64,000 nt of DNA, taken from positions 171,864,001 to 171,928,000 of the forward strand of contig NC_042999.1 of the NCBI RefSeq assembly GCF_006345805.1, read 5' to 3'. Each line of letters opens with the position of its first letter. Positions within the stretch are counted from its first letter, which is position 1. The DNA is from Octopus sinensis (taxonomy: Eukaryota). The position numbers and the translations under genes were made by a program. Below the pieces are notes generated by a model. It had not been told where the DNA came from. It saw nothing but the letters and a program-made list of their open reading frames with translations, and ran no database searches. Below are positions 42,807 through 56,016 of this stretch, piece by piece.

Positions 42807-43224
42807 CGGGAATCGGAAAAATACTATGAAAAATGACCATTATACAAAGGGAAATTACTGTGTGATTGACCGCTATTAAGACAAGAGAGCTATTTCAATG
42901 ACCGCTAAGCGAGGGGAGGGAGTAAAAGTAAGGGGATAAAAAAGTTCATAGTACTCACGTAAGCGCGCATGTTTATACCTACACATGTGCGCCCGGATAC
43001 CGCGTGCGTGCTCCTAAAAGTATATATTCATTCACCCTCACTTGAAACGTACAGATCCTCACCCGCACCATTCGCCAAATATACATGTATATAAATATAT
43101 TTATATACTTGCACCATGACCCGGTGTTGCCAGGTCATAGTGCTAGTGCATGCATATACAGCTGCGTGCGTGCGCATATACACGCGAGTACTGTCCAAAT
43201 CTCCCACCAATCACATACAAATAG

Positions 43225-43455
43225 CTGGCATTCAATTGGCGTATCAAGTTTCGGGTAGTTTTATTGGGTTTTGGATAGAAAATTCACAAAAAGTCACTTC
43301 TATTGATTTTTTAATGGCTTTGCTGGGTGACTAGGGAAATGTAAAGATGTACACAATCACCCTTGGACAGTTTTGAATGACCATAGAAAGTGCGACCCCT
43401 CTAACTGAAAAATTGTGGATTTGTATAAAGGACACACATAGTCAGACATTTTGCC

Positions 43456-43487
<32 letters not shown>
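43225..43487 (-). mobile_element. Possible Helitron-like 5' end
   Basis: Terminal gacacacatagtcagacattttgccgtttatatata parallels the end of the 51943/52462 Helitrons; no clear 3' CTRR found. Confidence 0.3.
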
Positions 43488-43489
<2 letters not shown>

Positions 43490-43806
43490 AAACCCCACAC
43501 ACACGCGTGCATCATAAAGATTCATACACACGTCTATATACGCACATACCCGTATGTACGCTCATACCCGTATGCACGTACACACAGACGCCTATATATG
43601 CACATACGCATATAGACGTGTTCGGGTATGTGCGTATATATGCGTGTGTGCGTGCGTGCATATGGGTTTGTGCGCATATAGACGTGGTATACTCCCTTAC
43701 ACATTTTTTCTGTATTGTTACCTTTAGACCTGTTTTTTTGTGCTTGTGCGTATATAGACGTGTGTATGAATCTTTATGTTGCGCGTGTGTGTCTGTGGGT
43801 TTGTAT
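43487..43806. repeat. Palindrome built of microsatellite-like sequence
   Basis: cataaagattcatacacacgtctatatacgcac (~43513-43545) is the exact reverse complement of ~43747-43779; both strands translate HKDSYTRLYTH. Confidence 0.85.
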
Positions 43807-44113
43807 GCGTAAATCACGCTCTTATATATGTTTCTTACGTTCGACTTCTCTGTCTCCTATTCTATGTCAAAGACGGAAGTCCGTAGCTGGAGAGGATGCA
43901 AACAAACACGTTACTTGTGTGCTTTCTTGCCTGGAATGCGTAGTACCGTTTCATTTGCAGTTTCAGCTATTAGTATGTCTGTAGAAAATCTCAATTGAAA
44001 AAAAATTTTCATCAGTGTCTGAAAGTTATATTCTGTTGAATTTATTCAAGTGTAATGCTGTGAGAGCTTGGAGTTGGTAAATAAATTGGTAGGGCATTTA
44101 TCAATATCAACGT

Positions 44114-44161
<48 letters not shown>

Positions 44162-44167
<6 letters not shown>

Positions 44168-44496
44168 GGAGTTTAACGTAGGTATAATTCAAATACGTTT
44201 AGTTCCGACACATGTTTCGAAGATTTCACTGATATTATTCCAAAGGAATAAATGGTGTAAAGCATCTTCTCTTCAAGGAAGTGAAGAAATGAAACTCGTC
44301 AATAATACATTTTCACAGAAAATGATGAATATGTATATGTTAACATGTCTTATTGACGACTTTCATTTCTTCACTTCCCTGAAGAGATTACATTGCTTTA
44401 CACCATTTATTCATTTGGAATAATATCAGTGAAATCTTCGAAACATGTGTCGGAAGTAAAAGTATTTGAATTATACCTGCGTCAAACTCCATTTAT
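44162..44496. mobile_element. Fold-back element (~150-bp arms) abutting (TA)n, one hammerhead per arm
   Basis: 44162-44310 vs reverse complement of 44345-44496; HHRs at 44203-44280 (-) and 44373-44457 (+). Confidence 0.92.
44373..44457 (+). ncRNA. Type I hammerhead ribozyme motif
   Basis: acttcc-ctgaaga-ga(aga)tt...aatcttc-gaaac atgt gtc-ggaagt; the sister arm has gaagat/atcttc stem II but ttgaaga core. Confidence 0.8.
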
Positions 44497-44652
44497 TTAT
44501 TTATATATTATACAAAAATTCCACTTAAACCCGAAGTTTCTACCTTTAAAAACAAGGCGTTACAAACTTTTTACTTGTGTGATTTTTTGCTACCCTGGTA
44601 ACTATTTATCTATTTTTTCCGTGTTAATTGTTAACAAGGGAAAAATACACTC

Positions 44653-44653
<1 letters not shown>

Positions 44654-44709
<56 letters not shown>

Positions 44710-44736
44710 CTTCTATCTATCTATCTATCTATCTAA

Positions 44737-44788
<52 letters not shown>

Positions 44789-44797
44789 TTATCTATC

Positions 44798-44855
<58 letters not shown>

Positions 44856-44900
44856 ATATATATATATTATATATATATATATATATAATATATATATATG
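44654..44900. repeat. (TCTA)n + (TA)n microsatellite
   Basis: Direct reading. Confidence 0.97.
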
Positions 44901-45309
44901 TATATACATGTATACATACTAATAAATAGATGTGTATGCGTGTGGTGGGGGTATGTGTGTTGGTGCGTGTATGTTTGTGTGTGTGCTCGTGTTTGTATTT
45001 GGAATCTGCTAGAAAACTACGGTTGGTTTATTGGCGTTGTCGTCATCCAGCTGTTCGGCAAAAAAGGCCAAGAGAGTAAGTATTACGCTTAGAATGAAAA
45101 ACAGAACTATAGGCGATTTGCTCGACTGACCCATTTAAGGTAGAGCTCTAACATACCTTCAGACTAATGATGAAACAAGTAAAATATGAAAGACAAAATA
45201 AAAATGTAATCCTTGTTAAGTTTGCATTCATAGTTAGAAACCAGACACATCAGTAGAAATATCATAAAAACGAAACATCAGTAGAAACAGTAATAGATTT
45301 TCTATGATA

Positions 45310-47400
45310 AAATGCTAACATATTAGCTGAAGTTTCAAAGTACAACATTCGTAAATATGGTGATGAGTACGTAGTTCTTTCGTTATAGACACACCAACAT
45401 GGAATCGTAGATAAGCTACAGTGTGTTTTGTATTATGAAACGTTCTTCTATGAATGCATGAATCCAGCCAAACTTCGTTAATATTCAGAAAGAGAGTCGT
45501 ACAAAAAGCATTAACAAACCTATTGAATATTTTCAAAGAAGAGGCAAGCAGTACTTTTACGACAAATTTCAAGAGAAAACAAAAATGGAACTGGCTGTGA
45601 ATATAAAAATACATTGTTTGCTTCGTGTGATGTGTCTCTTTCACTAATAGAAAAGTGAAAACTACACACAGCACTGGAGGAACTAATTCTGCCTGCTGCC
45701 AAACCAATTGCCTCTCGAATGCATGGAAACAAAGTAGCATGGAATTATGAAACGATTATATTATCAAACCACATTGTGAAGCAGCAAAGAGAAGACGTCT
45801 GAGGACTTTCAAAATCAGTTACTGAAAATATGCTTCAATGAGAAAAACTATACTTTGCAATCAGATGAAAGCCTGGATATTTCTAACTGCACCGTTTTTG
45901 TAAGCTATGAATTACAAATGGTATGAATTCATATTTCATATGACAAGAATTTTATTGAATGTAGAGAAGAGTTTTGTTTTTATCTTACACTTCATTTCCA
46001 GTATATAAGCCTCAGTTGTTATTTTAACTATTTTGGAAATGAAAATTAAAATAAGTATTCTTAGTGTTCAAGAATTATTTCTCTTTTAATGCCAGGAATA
46101 CATACAGGAATCAAGACAATTATTCTGGATAAAATTCCAAAGATGCATTGACAGCAGGAAGCTTGCCAGGAAAATTGAAGACGACATATAAGGGAGGCAG
46201 TGAAAGCGGTTAATCTTATAAAAGAGCTTATTTTAAAATCTCGTACTTTTAATGCATTTGTGAAGAGATAGACATAGCCCATGTACACCTAGTTTTACAG
46301 TTTCAACTGCGGTCAGTGTTGTGCAGTAACGTATTTTCATGTATGTGTTGAATGATAAGGCATTGTTTATTCTTTTCTACTCTAGGTACAAGGCCAGAAA
46401 TTTTGGTGGACGGGGGCCAGCCGATTATATCGACCCCAGTACGCAACTGATACGTATTTATCGACCCCGAAAGGATGAAAGGCAAAGTGAACCTCGGCGG
46501 AATTTGAACTCAGTAGGTAGTGACAGACGAAATACCTATTTCTTTACTATCCACAAGGGACTAAACACAGAGGGGACAAATAAGGACAGACAAACGGATT
46601 AAGTCGATTACATCGAGCCCCAGCGCGTAACTGACACTTAGTTTATAGACCCCGAAAGGAGGAAAAGCAAAGTCGACCTCGACGGAATTTGATCTCAGAA
46701 CGTTGCGGCAGACGAAATACAGCTAAGCATTTCGCCCGGCTTGCTAACCATTCTACCAGTGCGCCGCTTTTGAAACATTTTATCGTTAATGAAACAGTAT
46801 TCTATTCTAGCGAGTGATTCAATGGGCTTTCGTGGCTAACTGAGGTGGCATAAATGCTTCATATCTTATGCATTCGAATTATTTAAATTTAATCCTAAAG
46901 AGATTTATATCGATTTATTTTAGTAAAGAAAAATTAGAAGCCATGAATATAAAATTAGATTTGTTGTTTGAGCGTGTGCAAAATGTGTGGTTTAATCATT
47001 TCTGAACACTGGCAGTTTACAGCATCATCTGAAGAAATGAGGACCCTTTTAGTTCATCTGCAAGGTTTAAAGATTTATATATTATTTTCCTGTACCACAG
47101 GCGATTATTCCAAGAAAGTGTAAAAACTGTAAAACATTTTACTCCAAATGAAGAAAATATTCTCATGGAACTTTTATGTGACATTTCATTCAGTTAAAGT
47201 TTCAGTTGAAACACTTTAATAGAATTTTAATTACATGCGAATAATGAAAACCAAGAATTGGTATATAATGTTCTGAAATATTTACTACTGTTCGAAATTA
47301 TATATTTAACTGATTTCTTCTTCAAATTGACTTAGTATGGATTTAGAATCCTGACGTAGTGTCAACAAGATATCATCAATCGTATCATTAAACAAATAAT
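45310..47400 (+). mobile_element. Decayed hAT transposase (Charlie/Buster-like), interrupted by SINEs
   Basis: HTALEELILPAAKPIASRMHG, LSNHIV, LQSDESLDISN, AVKAVNLIK, EENILMELLCD in the order expected for Buster/Charlie transposases. Confidence 0.8.
46369..46768 (-). mobile_element. Two tandem SINE family B copies
   Basis: Core gaccccgaaagga.gaaa.gcaaagt.g.cctcg repeated at ~46463 and ~46648. Confidence 0.88.
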
Positions 47401-47694
47401 TAATTTTCATAATTGCCATTTATAAAATTGCGTATATCATTGTATATATTTTAAAATTAGACTGTGAACATGGAAAATAAATTGACTATTAGTTAATAGA
47501 ATCAATTTACTCAGCATACATATATTTAACAAATATTTCATCGGTAAGGCAATCCATGTCAATAATTAGAAACGAAAATACTATAAAACACTACAGTTAC
47601 ATCCCCACGTCATAAGATAATAGTTACACGGAAACTATATACATATACGCACACACACACATGTACGTACATGTGTTCGTGAGTATGTGTGTAT

Positions 47695-47725
<31 letters not shown>

Positions 47726-48519
47726 AGACGAAGCTGAATAAAATGCGTAATGCCATAAAATTGGACATTATTTAAATTATAACTATTAATTAACATATCA
47801 AATTATATTAAGGGGTCAAGCAAAGATCAGGCGTGTTAGAAGCTTTAGACACCAAATAGTTCTAGAAAAGAGTATCAAGGAAAAGTAATATACGTGAGGT
47901 ACAATAAGAATAGCGTTATTGGCAATTTTAAATTATGTGTTACTATATTACTTAATATTATATTACTTTATTAATATATCTAATTCCTACTAAATAAACT
48001 GAAAATGTTGATTTTATGATTGCGACTAATTATGATTCTGTTTCTATTGTTTAATAACTTTTCCTTGGATAATAATGTTGGGAGAGATTCCTGTGTGGAT
48101 AGTCGATATTCCTATCTTTCAAATCTGTATGATCATGCAGTATCTATTCAAACACCAAATATGCTTTGAAAACGATGTCAAATGCATCGTCATGATAAAT
48201 GAATTGAGGCTTGTGCATTCAGTAACTATTTTTGAAGAGATTAGAAGTGCGATCCTATAGTATTTAATGTCATTAAAGTACGTGCACCATATTTTCTTTG
48301 TCCAATGTCCTAAAAGAGTAATACTTTAGCTCTTCTTTCACAATAATTCAAGTCTAGAACTATGATGATATTGTACTCCCCAGCTCCCAATATACTTATT
48401 GGCGCTCCTATCTTGTTTGATTGCATAGGAGTGCTGTTATTCACATGTTTACATTTGTCTGTTCTCGTGAAGGTAATACACATTTCTGTACCTGTAACAC
48501 TGTAACTATGTTCAATATA

Positions 48520-48690
48520 GGCGCAGGTGTGGCTGTGTGGTAAGTAGCTTGCTTACCAACCACATGGTTCCGGGTTCAGTCCCACTGCGTGGCATCTTGG
48601 GCAAGTGTCTTCTGCTATAGCCCCGGGCCGACCAATGCCTTGTGAGTGGATTTGGCAGACGGAAATTGAAAGAAGCCTGTCGTATATATG

Positions 48691-48721
<31 letters not shown>

Positions 48722-48937
48722 ATATGTGTGTGTCTGTGTTTGTCCCCCTAGCATTGCTTGACAACCGATGCTGGTGTGTTTACGTCCCCGTCACTTAGCG
48801 GTTCAGCAAAAGAGACCGATAGAATAAGTACTGGGCTTACAAAGAATAAGTCCCGGGGTCGATTTGCTCGACTAAAGGCGGTGCTCCAGCATGGCCGCAG
48901 TCAAAATACTGAAACAAGTAAAAGAGTAAAAAAGTAA
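48520..48937 (+). mobile_element. SINE family A, full length, young
   Basis: Nearly identical to 5634-6045. Confidence 0.92.
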
Positions 48938-49469
48938 ATATATGGGAAATAATTGTCATTTTCCATTTCAAGAAAGTCGCTGTTGTTTTCGTCATCATCA
49001 CTGTCATCATCATCATCTTCGTCATCGTCGTCGTTGTCGTCGCCGTCATCATCATCCTCATCATCGTCGTCAGTAGTTGTAGTAGGCACATGCATCACAA
49101 TCATATGTGCGCGACATGGTGATTCCATATCGAGATAAACAGCACATGACCTTGCAGGTGGGGCCCACTTAGAATTTTCTTCTGGTCGAGTAGCCCGTCC
49201 CGCTCAAAAGGTCCCTGAATAAGGGTTGTTTAAGGATGTTGAACGAAACACCCATGTTCCCAGAGGTAACTTATTCAAACATCAAAGAATTCCTCTCAAC
49301 ACATGTCTAAGATGCTCCTCCACTACTTCTGCTCGTGATCAGAGATGCACATATCGTCAGCCACTAAATGAGATGCCCAATAGGTTAAGGTCAGACAACT
49401 GACAAGCAAATCTGTGGCATCGAGCAGAATATTTGCTGTAGCCCACCATTTATACCAGGACAAAACGAT

Positions 49470-50150
49470 TATCATGGAAGTTATTTCAATTTCTTCACCA
49501 CAACAATGTCAGGTTTCGGTGTCCCACAAGATTTTGCCGTCTTCATTCTCAGTATCTGATTCTGATATTTAGTAAAACCATATCTTTGCTCTTAGTAGGC
49601 CGTATTTTTCACAAAGCTCCCAGGGGATCACTCTTTTCTCATTATCTTGTCGTTTTTGCATTCGCGTTGTGCCAATTTCGAGCATTGTTATATGCTTTAT
49701 CATTTTACATATCTCACCACACATTCTGCGTTTGTCGCTCTCAGTTGTCAATTCTCCCTTTTCACATATTTCGTCCCTAACGCTTGCTCTTGTGTCGCGC
49801 GTATAAGTGCTTCTCTCTCTAATTTCAGGTCACACCTCTGCTTTCGTAACCAGCGGTCTTCTTTATCTGTCTTGGTTGGTGTCCGTATCTCTTGGCACCT
49901 GACTGAACATTTTTTTCTTTCTTTTACCATTTATTTTCCTCTTAGTTTTTTCTAATTATTATTTATCTTTTCCTCTTAGGATTTGTTGTAAATCTGAACG
50001 ACTTGCATGCACAGCGCATTTGCTACAAAGCAGCCTACAAAACCATGCTCTCTGTTATTTTTCATCATCAATATGTAATTGATGATACTAGACGTGCCAA
50101 GTAGACAAACATTGTGCAATAGCATTACTAGGCACTCTATTCCTGTTTCC
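49470..50150 (-). mobile_element. Second decayed R4/Dong-type LINE fragment
   Basis: WLRKQRCDLKLEREALIRATQEQALGTKYVK...SDKRRMCGE...WELCEKYGL...W, homologous in position to the 2490-3645 element; bounded by trinucleotide repeats. Confidence 0.7.
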
Positions 50151-50170
50151 TTTATATTTCTCTTGATGCT

Positions 50171-50227
<57 letters not shown>

Positions 50228-50692
50228 TGCTACTGCTGCTGTTGCTGCTGCTGCTACTGCTGTTGTTATTGTTGTTGTTGTTATTGATGTTTTTATTGCT
50301 GTTCTTATTGTTACTATAATTATTAACTGTCTGAATAATTTTATCGGTTACTTCAAAAGGGGAGTGGTTTATCGGGTCAAAGATAATTAGTTTCAGAGAC
50401 TTCGATAGATGTGACGGATGGTAATGTCGATTATGCAAATATAAATCGTTTAAATAATACTAGCAGACGATAAACTTTTAAACAAAAGAAACGCAGTCCT
50501 AATTAGTTGCAATCTAAAATTCTTCAAAACTTCCCCGTTTACAAAGTTCAAAGTGAGCTTATAAATAAGGTATTGAAACGTTACTCACTCAGTTGATATT
50601 TAGTTTACATTTGGCATTTGATCATCATGTTTCGAATTAATGTGACCTATTTAACTAGTTTCTTTATACATCTTATTCTTCATACTATTCAC

Positions 50693-51214
50693 GCTAGGCC
50701 AGTGGTAATGGAAATTTCAAATAATTCTGATCACCCTTTGATATTATTAATTATCGATAAATTTTTGGAAAGTTTTCGAATTGAAAAGCCAGTATTTAAT
50801 TTACTGCCAAGGAGCTGCGCTTGCGCGGTAGATTTGGAAAATTAGAATGTATAAGCACGAGGTATATAGTGGATTGTCTCGTGTATATATATATAATCTA
50901 AAGTGTACCTGCTGAAGAACACTTCGCCTAGCAAATTATTTTATTTGCTAAAAAACGTCTGAAACCATTGGTCCAGGAGTTAGATGGTAAATGTTTTTAT
51001 TTTTCATTCCCTTCGAAATTTTATTCCTAATAGTGGTTTGTAATTTTACTGTCCTCTCTTGCGTGCAAGGAATCCTATGATGGATACCTCTTGTGTGTTT
51101 AAATATACACCGTATTTGAATAAATAACATATAGTCTATTGACTAAATGTTTACAAGCTAGGCCACTGATAATGGAAATTTCAAATATTTCTGATTACCC
51201 TTTGATATTATTAA

Positions 51215-51215
<1 letters not shown>
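50693..51215 (+). mobile_element. Partial tandem pseudo-LTR-like element (~464-bp period) containing a hammerhead, ending at (TA)n
   Basis: ~59-bp direct repeats at 50693-50751 and 51157-51215 bracket the HHR at 50908-50977. Confidence 0.75.
50908..50977 (+). ncRNA. Type I hammerhead ribozyme, core intact
   Basis: cctg-ctgaaga-acac...tagcaaat/atttgcta...gtct-gaaac cattg gtc-cagg; GUC cleavage triplet, one mismatch in proximal stem II. Confidence 0.8.
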
Positions 51216-51251
<36 letters not shown>

Positions 51252-51942
51252 CTGCATTTTTAGAGATGTGCTATACTCTGAGGACAAATGTAGATATAAA
51301 CGTTTATCGTTCCGTATATGTGTGCGTGCGTGCGTGTATATTTTTATACATTTATACATACATATATATATCCGTGTATCTCAATGTTTGTATGTAGATA
51401 ATTGATCAAAATATTCAATTTTATTCTACTCTTTGTCGGATTTACTTTGTCATTTTTTCTATGTTCTATTCATATATTTTACTTCTCTTTATATTGCTTA
51501 TACGATCGATGTATGTTCAATATGCATCCTATTCTCATGACTATTATAAGTTATTCGTCAATCTATTTAAGCTAAGTAAATTTTCAAATTGAGCTCCCTT
51601 TAAAGTGATTCACTTTGGCACTATAATTACGTTTACTTCACTCAACCTTCTCAATCTATTTACTTCATTTAACCTAGTATAAATTCTGCCAATATACAAT
51701 CATTTTTCGCTACTAACGTCACATGAATGTAATGAGTTTAATTAATCCTTATGTAATAATCATAGTAAAATGTGTTTATAACATAAATTTGACATAAATA
51801 TTCCATTACATTGTTATATTGTCTTCTCATGTGTGCATACAGATATATGTCTTAATCGTCGAAGGAATTTATATAAAACGATATGAAGCAAAATACAGTT
51901 CACACTACGAACGGGACTTTTCACTCCAATATTTATATGTTA

Positions 51943-52458
51943 CTAGCAGTATCGCCCGGCGTTGCTCGGGTTTGTAAAGGAAATAACTATATAAGCATTT
52001 TTAGAGAGTTACTTCCTTTATAGATGCCAATTCGGGCTTTTTTAGCCATTTCTGTTTTGGTGTCTTCAAGCCATGAAGTCGTTGTTCTAAAAGAACGCTG
52101 GTCTCCTTGACAACGCATTACGACGTTGATTTCCTTAAACTCCCTTCCCCACAGCTTCACGAGGGAGGGAAGAAGGGGGAGAAGCAAACACAGGTGCAGG
52201 TGTTGAGCGTGGACGCCAACTCCGCCGCCATCGACACACGAAACATTATGCATTAAAATGGAATAAAAAATGATGTTAAATTATTTTTAAAATCGTAGAC
52301 TCATCGTAGACGCGCGCTAATGCTCAGACGGGCTCGATATTAATCACGACTATAAGATACCCGAATTTGGTTAAACTGCACCGCAAAATGTGGGAGGAGT
52401 TAGGAATCTAAATCGTAGGAGACAGACACTCACACAACTACAGTTTTATATATATAGA
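51943..52458 (-). mobile_element. Non-autonomous Helitron, copy 1
   Basis: Minus strand starts a|TC, ends CTAG|t with hairpin cccgagcaacgccggg ~10 nt before the end. Confidence 0.9.
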
Positions 52459-52461
52459 TTA

Positions 52462-52966
52462 CTAGCAGTATCGCCGGCGTTGCTCGGGTTTGTAAGGGAA
52501 ATAACTATATAAGCATTTTTAGAGAGTTACTTCCCTTATAAATTCGGGCTTTCTTAGCCATTTTTGTTTTGGTGTCTTCAAGCCATGAAGTCGTTGTTCT
52601 AAAAGAACGCTGGTTTCCTTCACAACGCATTACGACGTTGATTTCTTTACACTCCCTTCCCCACAGCTTCACGAGGGAGGGAAGGGGGAGAAGCAAACAG
52701 GTGCAGCTGTGAGCGTGGACGCCAACTCCGCCGCCATCGACATACGATGCATTTTATGCATTAAAATGGAATAAAAAATGATGTTAAATTATTTTTAAAA
52801 TCGTAGACTCATCGTTGACGCGCGCTAATAGTCAGACGGGCTCGATATGAATCACGACTATAAGATACCCGAATTTGGTTAAACTGCACCGCAAAATGTG
52901 GGAGGAGTTAGGAATCTAAATCGAAGGGGACAGACATTCACACAACTAGAGTTTTATATATATAGA
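52462..52966 (-). mobile_element. Non-autonomous Helitron, copy 2 (head-to-tail tandem)
   Basis: Same termini and highly similar body to copy 1. Confidence 0.9.
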
Positions 52967-53019
52967 TTTATATAGCCTTATGCAATGTGCTTTGAGGTGG
53001 TCTATTTCTAAGAAGAGTT

Positions 53020-53196
53020 ATTTATTATTTTTATTTTATCTAGTTTCAGCTCACGAGCTGTGGCCATGCTGGGGCACCGCCATTTGGTGTTGCTACATGA
53101 TTTTACTTCACGAGAGCTTTTTAGCAATTGCCATTTGGTGCATGAGAGAGTTCGATGCAGCTGCCCTCATCTGCACCTCCTGCCGTGAAGTTGGTT
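53020..53196 (-). mobile_element. Short 3' fragment of the same LINE family as 22680-25338
   Basis: Reverse complement of ~25165-25325 with a different (aaat)-type tail. Confidence 0.9.
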
Positions 53197-53416
53197 ATTT
53201 TACGAGCATTCGCAATTTATGAAATTCTAATAATGTTTGTAATTTTTTTCTTTATAGTTTTTCGCATCCACCAACTTAGCCTACGATGGAATTTGTAAAT
53301 ATATGTGTAAATTACATCTCTTTAGTTGGTATTTTCCTGAGATGCCACAAGCGGATCTCACTCAGTGTAGCAAAATACTAACTCCATCAAAATCAAAATA
53401 GTGTGAACACGCGCGC

Positions 53417-53455
<39 letters not shown>

Positions 53456-55516
53456 TGTGTGTGTCTGTGTGTCTGTGTACACAAACATACATACACACAC
53501 ATTCACACACACACACACATATACAGTAATTATCTGCATATTAATCTGTCGCAAACTATGTCCTAAACATTAGAGGCGTTTTCACATGCAAGAGAACTCC
53601 AATGGGGTTCATATGTTCTCATGTCACTCTTCATGAGAATTATTACTAGCCAAAATAAATACAATAAAATGAATTCACCGTTGACTTATGCCTTTGAATA
53701 TTAATAGCGTCACGAAGAATCTATCCATTGATCTCGAACATGAGCGGAATTTTAGATTTTACTATCATATAAAACGTAGCCGTTTACCATATTTTCTTTT
53801 ATATTAGTATATGTTTATAATAAATTAGGAATTATTTATATTTATATTCAAGAATTAATAATGTACTAACATTTTTATTTATTATAGGGAAACCTCCATG
53901 AAACACATGCATATACCGTGTATATGTATTTAAATATATGAGTTTGTGTGATCTTTTTGTGAATGATGAACTAAAGGCCTGAATTCTGGCAATGTGCCTA
54001 ATTAGAAAAGCACATTATTTTCACCATTGTCGCGAGCATAGTTCGTTATTGCTCATTTGTTAAGCAGGGGAACTCACCTTTTATAATGAACACGGCCTGT
54101 TACTGATTAAACTTATGAAAACCCACTTACATATACAATATGCAGAGACAGATATTCGCTACTCTGAACTAAACAATCTGCTGTTAATATATTATATTTA
54201 AATGCATTGATGACTCGTGAAGATCCACACTACCTTATATTAACAATGAAAACATCCATTCGTATACAACATACGTTTTTTTTACCCAGTGAACCATTTT
54301 ATGATCCAAAATACAAATAGTAATACCATTGCACCTTAAGTCATAATAGTTCAACATTAAAATGAGTACCACACGTTAATTTATGAAATAGTAATATGTT
54401 TTATCTTTATTCATCTCATATTTACATTAGCTTTCTTACAACATACGAATTAATATTGTACACTACACATATCTCTTACATATATCTTAAGAGATATTTC
54501 AATATCTCTTATGGTTTTCTATATTTCTATCATTCTTTCATACCGCTGTATGTATTTAAATAAATATTTGATACATTATGTTCTAACATGTTTTCTGATG
54601 TCTTAAATTCCATAATTTCAGTTTATACATTGAAGTGCTTATTTTACAATTTTACTGCTCCGCTAATTAAGCAAACTTTCTGATTACTGATTGTGGTTTG
54701 TCCTCAGAATTATTACGTACTGATTATCTTTTCTTGTAATATACGAGAAGATATATTATTATATGCCCATGGAAAATAATAAGATTTTTAAAATTTTAAG
54801 TCACGTACCAATCACCAGATGTATTATTATTGGTCTTATATAAATTCACTCCCAATATTTTAACTTATTTACTTATAACCATTTCTATCAAACAATCTGT
54901 TTAATTTACTTGCAAAATCAGTTTACTACCTGTTCTGATGATGATTTTAGAGGGTGACAATGTATCTTTTTAAATTCTGGTTCAACGGGGCTTTTGTACA
55001 ATTTCAGTCGCTTATGTTGTTATTCAATTACGTTTATCTACTTATGACTTAAATATAATTATACCTTTACTGTTATATGTACACAAAATGAAATGTCTAT
55101 ATATTCCATATGGCTCTACGTAGTTTGTTTACAATTCTACTCGCTGTTTTTATTATTTAATTACGCATCATCTACTTTGTCTCACCCCAAATTATCTTTA
55201 ATTCTATTTAATGATTAATGTTCACCTGCCAGGATTAACCCCTACACATCCAATGACATTAGACACAGCCTCTTTAAAATAAACAACTACTGATGTTAAA
55301 AAAGGAATTCCAAATTTTTTCTGTGTTACGTACACAATTATTGAGTTTTCAATTGAAATGTGCACATGTGACTTTTGTTACTCTAATGAATAATCTATTT
55401 CTGTATTCATACATACATTCAAATATATATTCATACATTTATACATACGTACATATATTCATATGTATATATATATATATAAATAGACATATATACGCAT
55501 ATGCGTATATGTAAAT

Positions 55517-55517
55517 A

Positions 55518-55579
<62 letters not shown>
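55517..55579. repeat. (TAG)n microsatellite
   Basis: Direct reading. Confidence 0.98.
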
Positions 55580-55831
55580 TCATAATTGAGACGTAAATCA
55601 GTTTGATATGGCCGAATACACAGCTAGAGCCGTTTCAATATGGCTCCTGGAAACTGGGCAACGTAGTTAAAATGTTATGAAAATGATATCAAAATATCAA
55701 CGACAACATATACATCAAAATAAGGATTCCAGCATTGATCTTTGGAGTGCCTGGCTGGCCAGGAATTTTGTTGTCTCTTCCGGTCTTTATAGTATATCAA
55801 GAGACTAAATCAATATCGATAGCCGGAAACG

Positions 55832-55913
<82 letters not shown>

Positions 55914-56016
55914 TGTGTGTGTTTGTGTGTGCGTGTGCGTATGATCGTACGCCCGTACACATTTGTCAACCGCGCATGAGTGTATGTGCGTGTATATACA
56001 CACACATTTTTGCTTC

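Noticed and set aside
54929-54990. cctgtt-ctgatga...aacggg possible old HHR
   Set aside because: Stem I plausible but GAAA half missing; too degenerate to support
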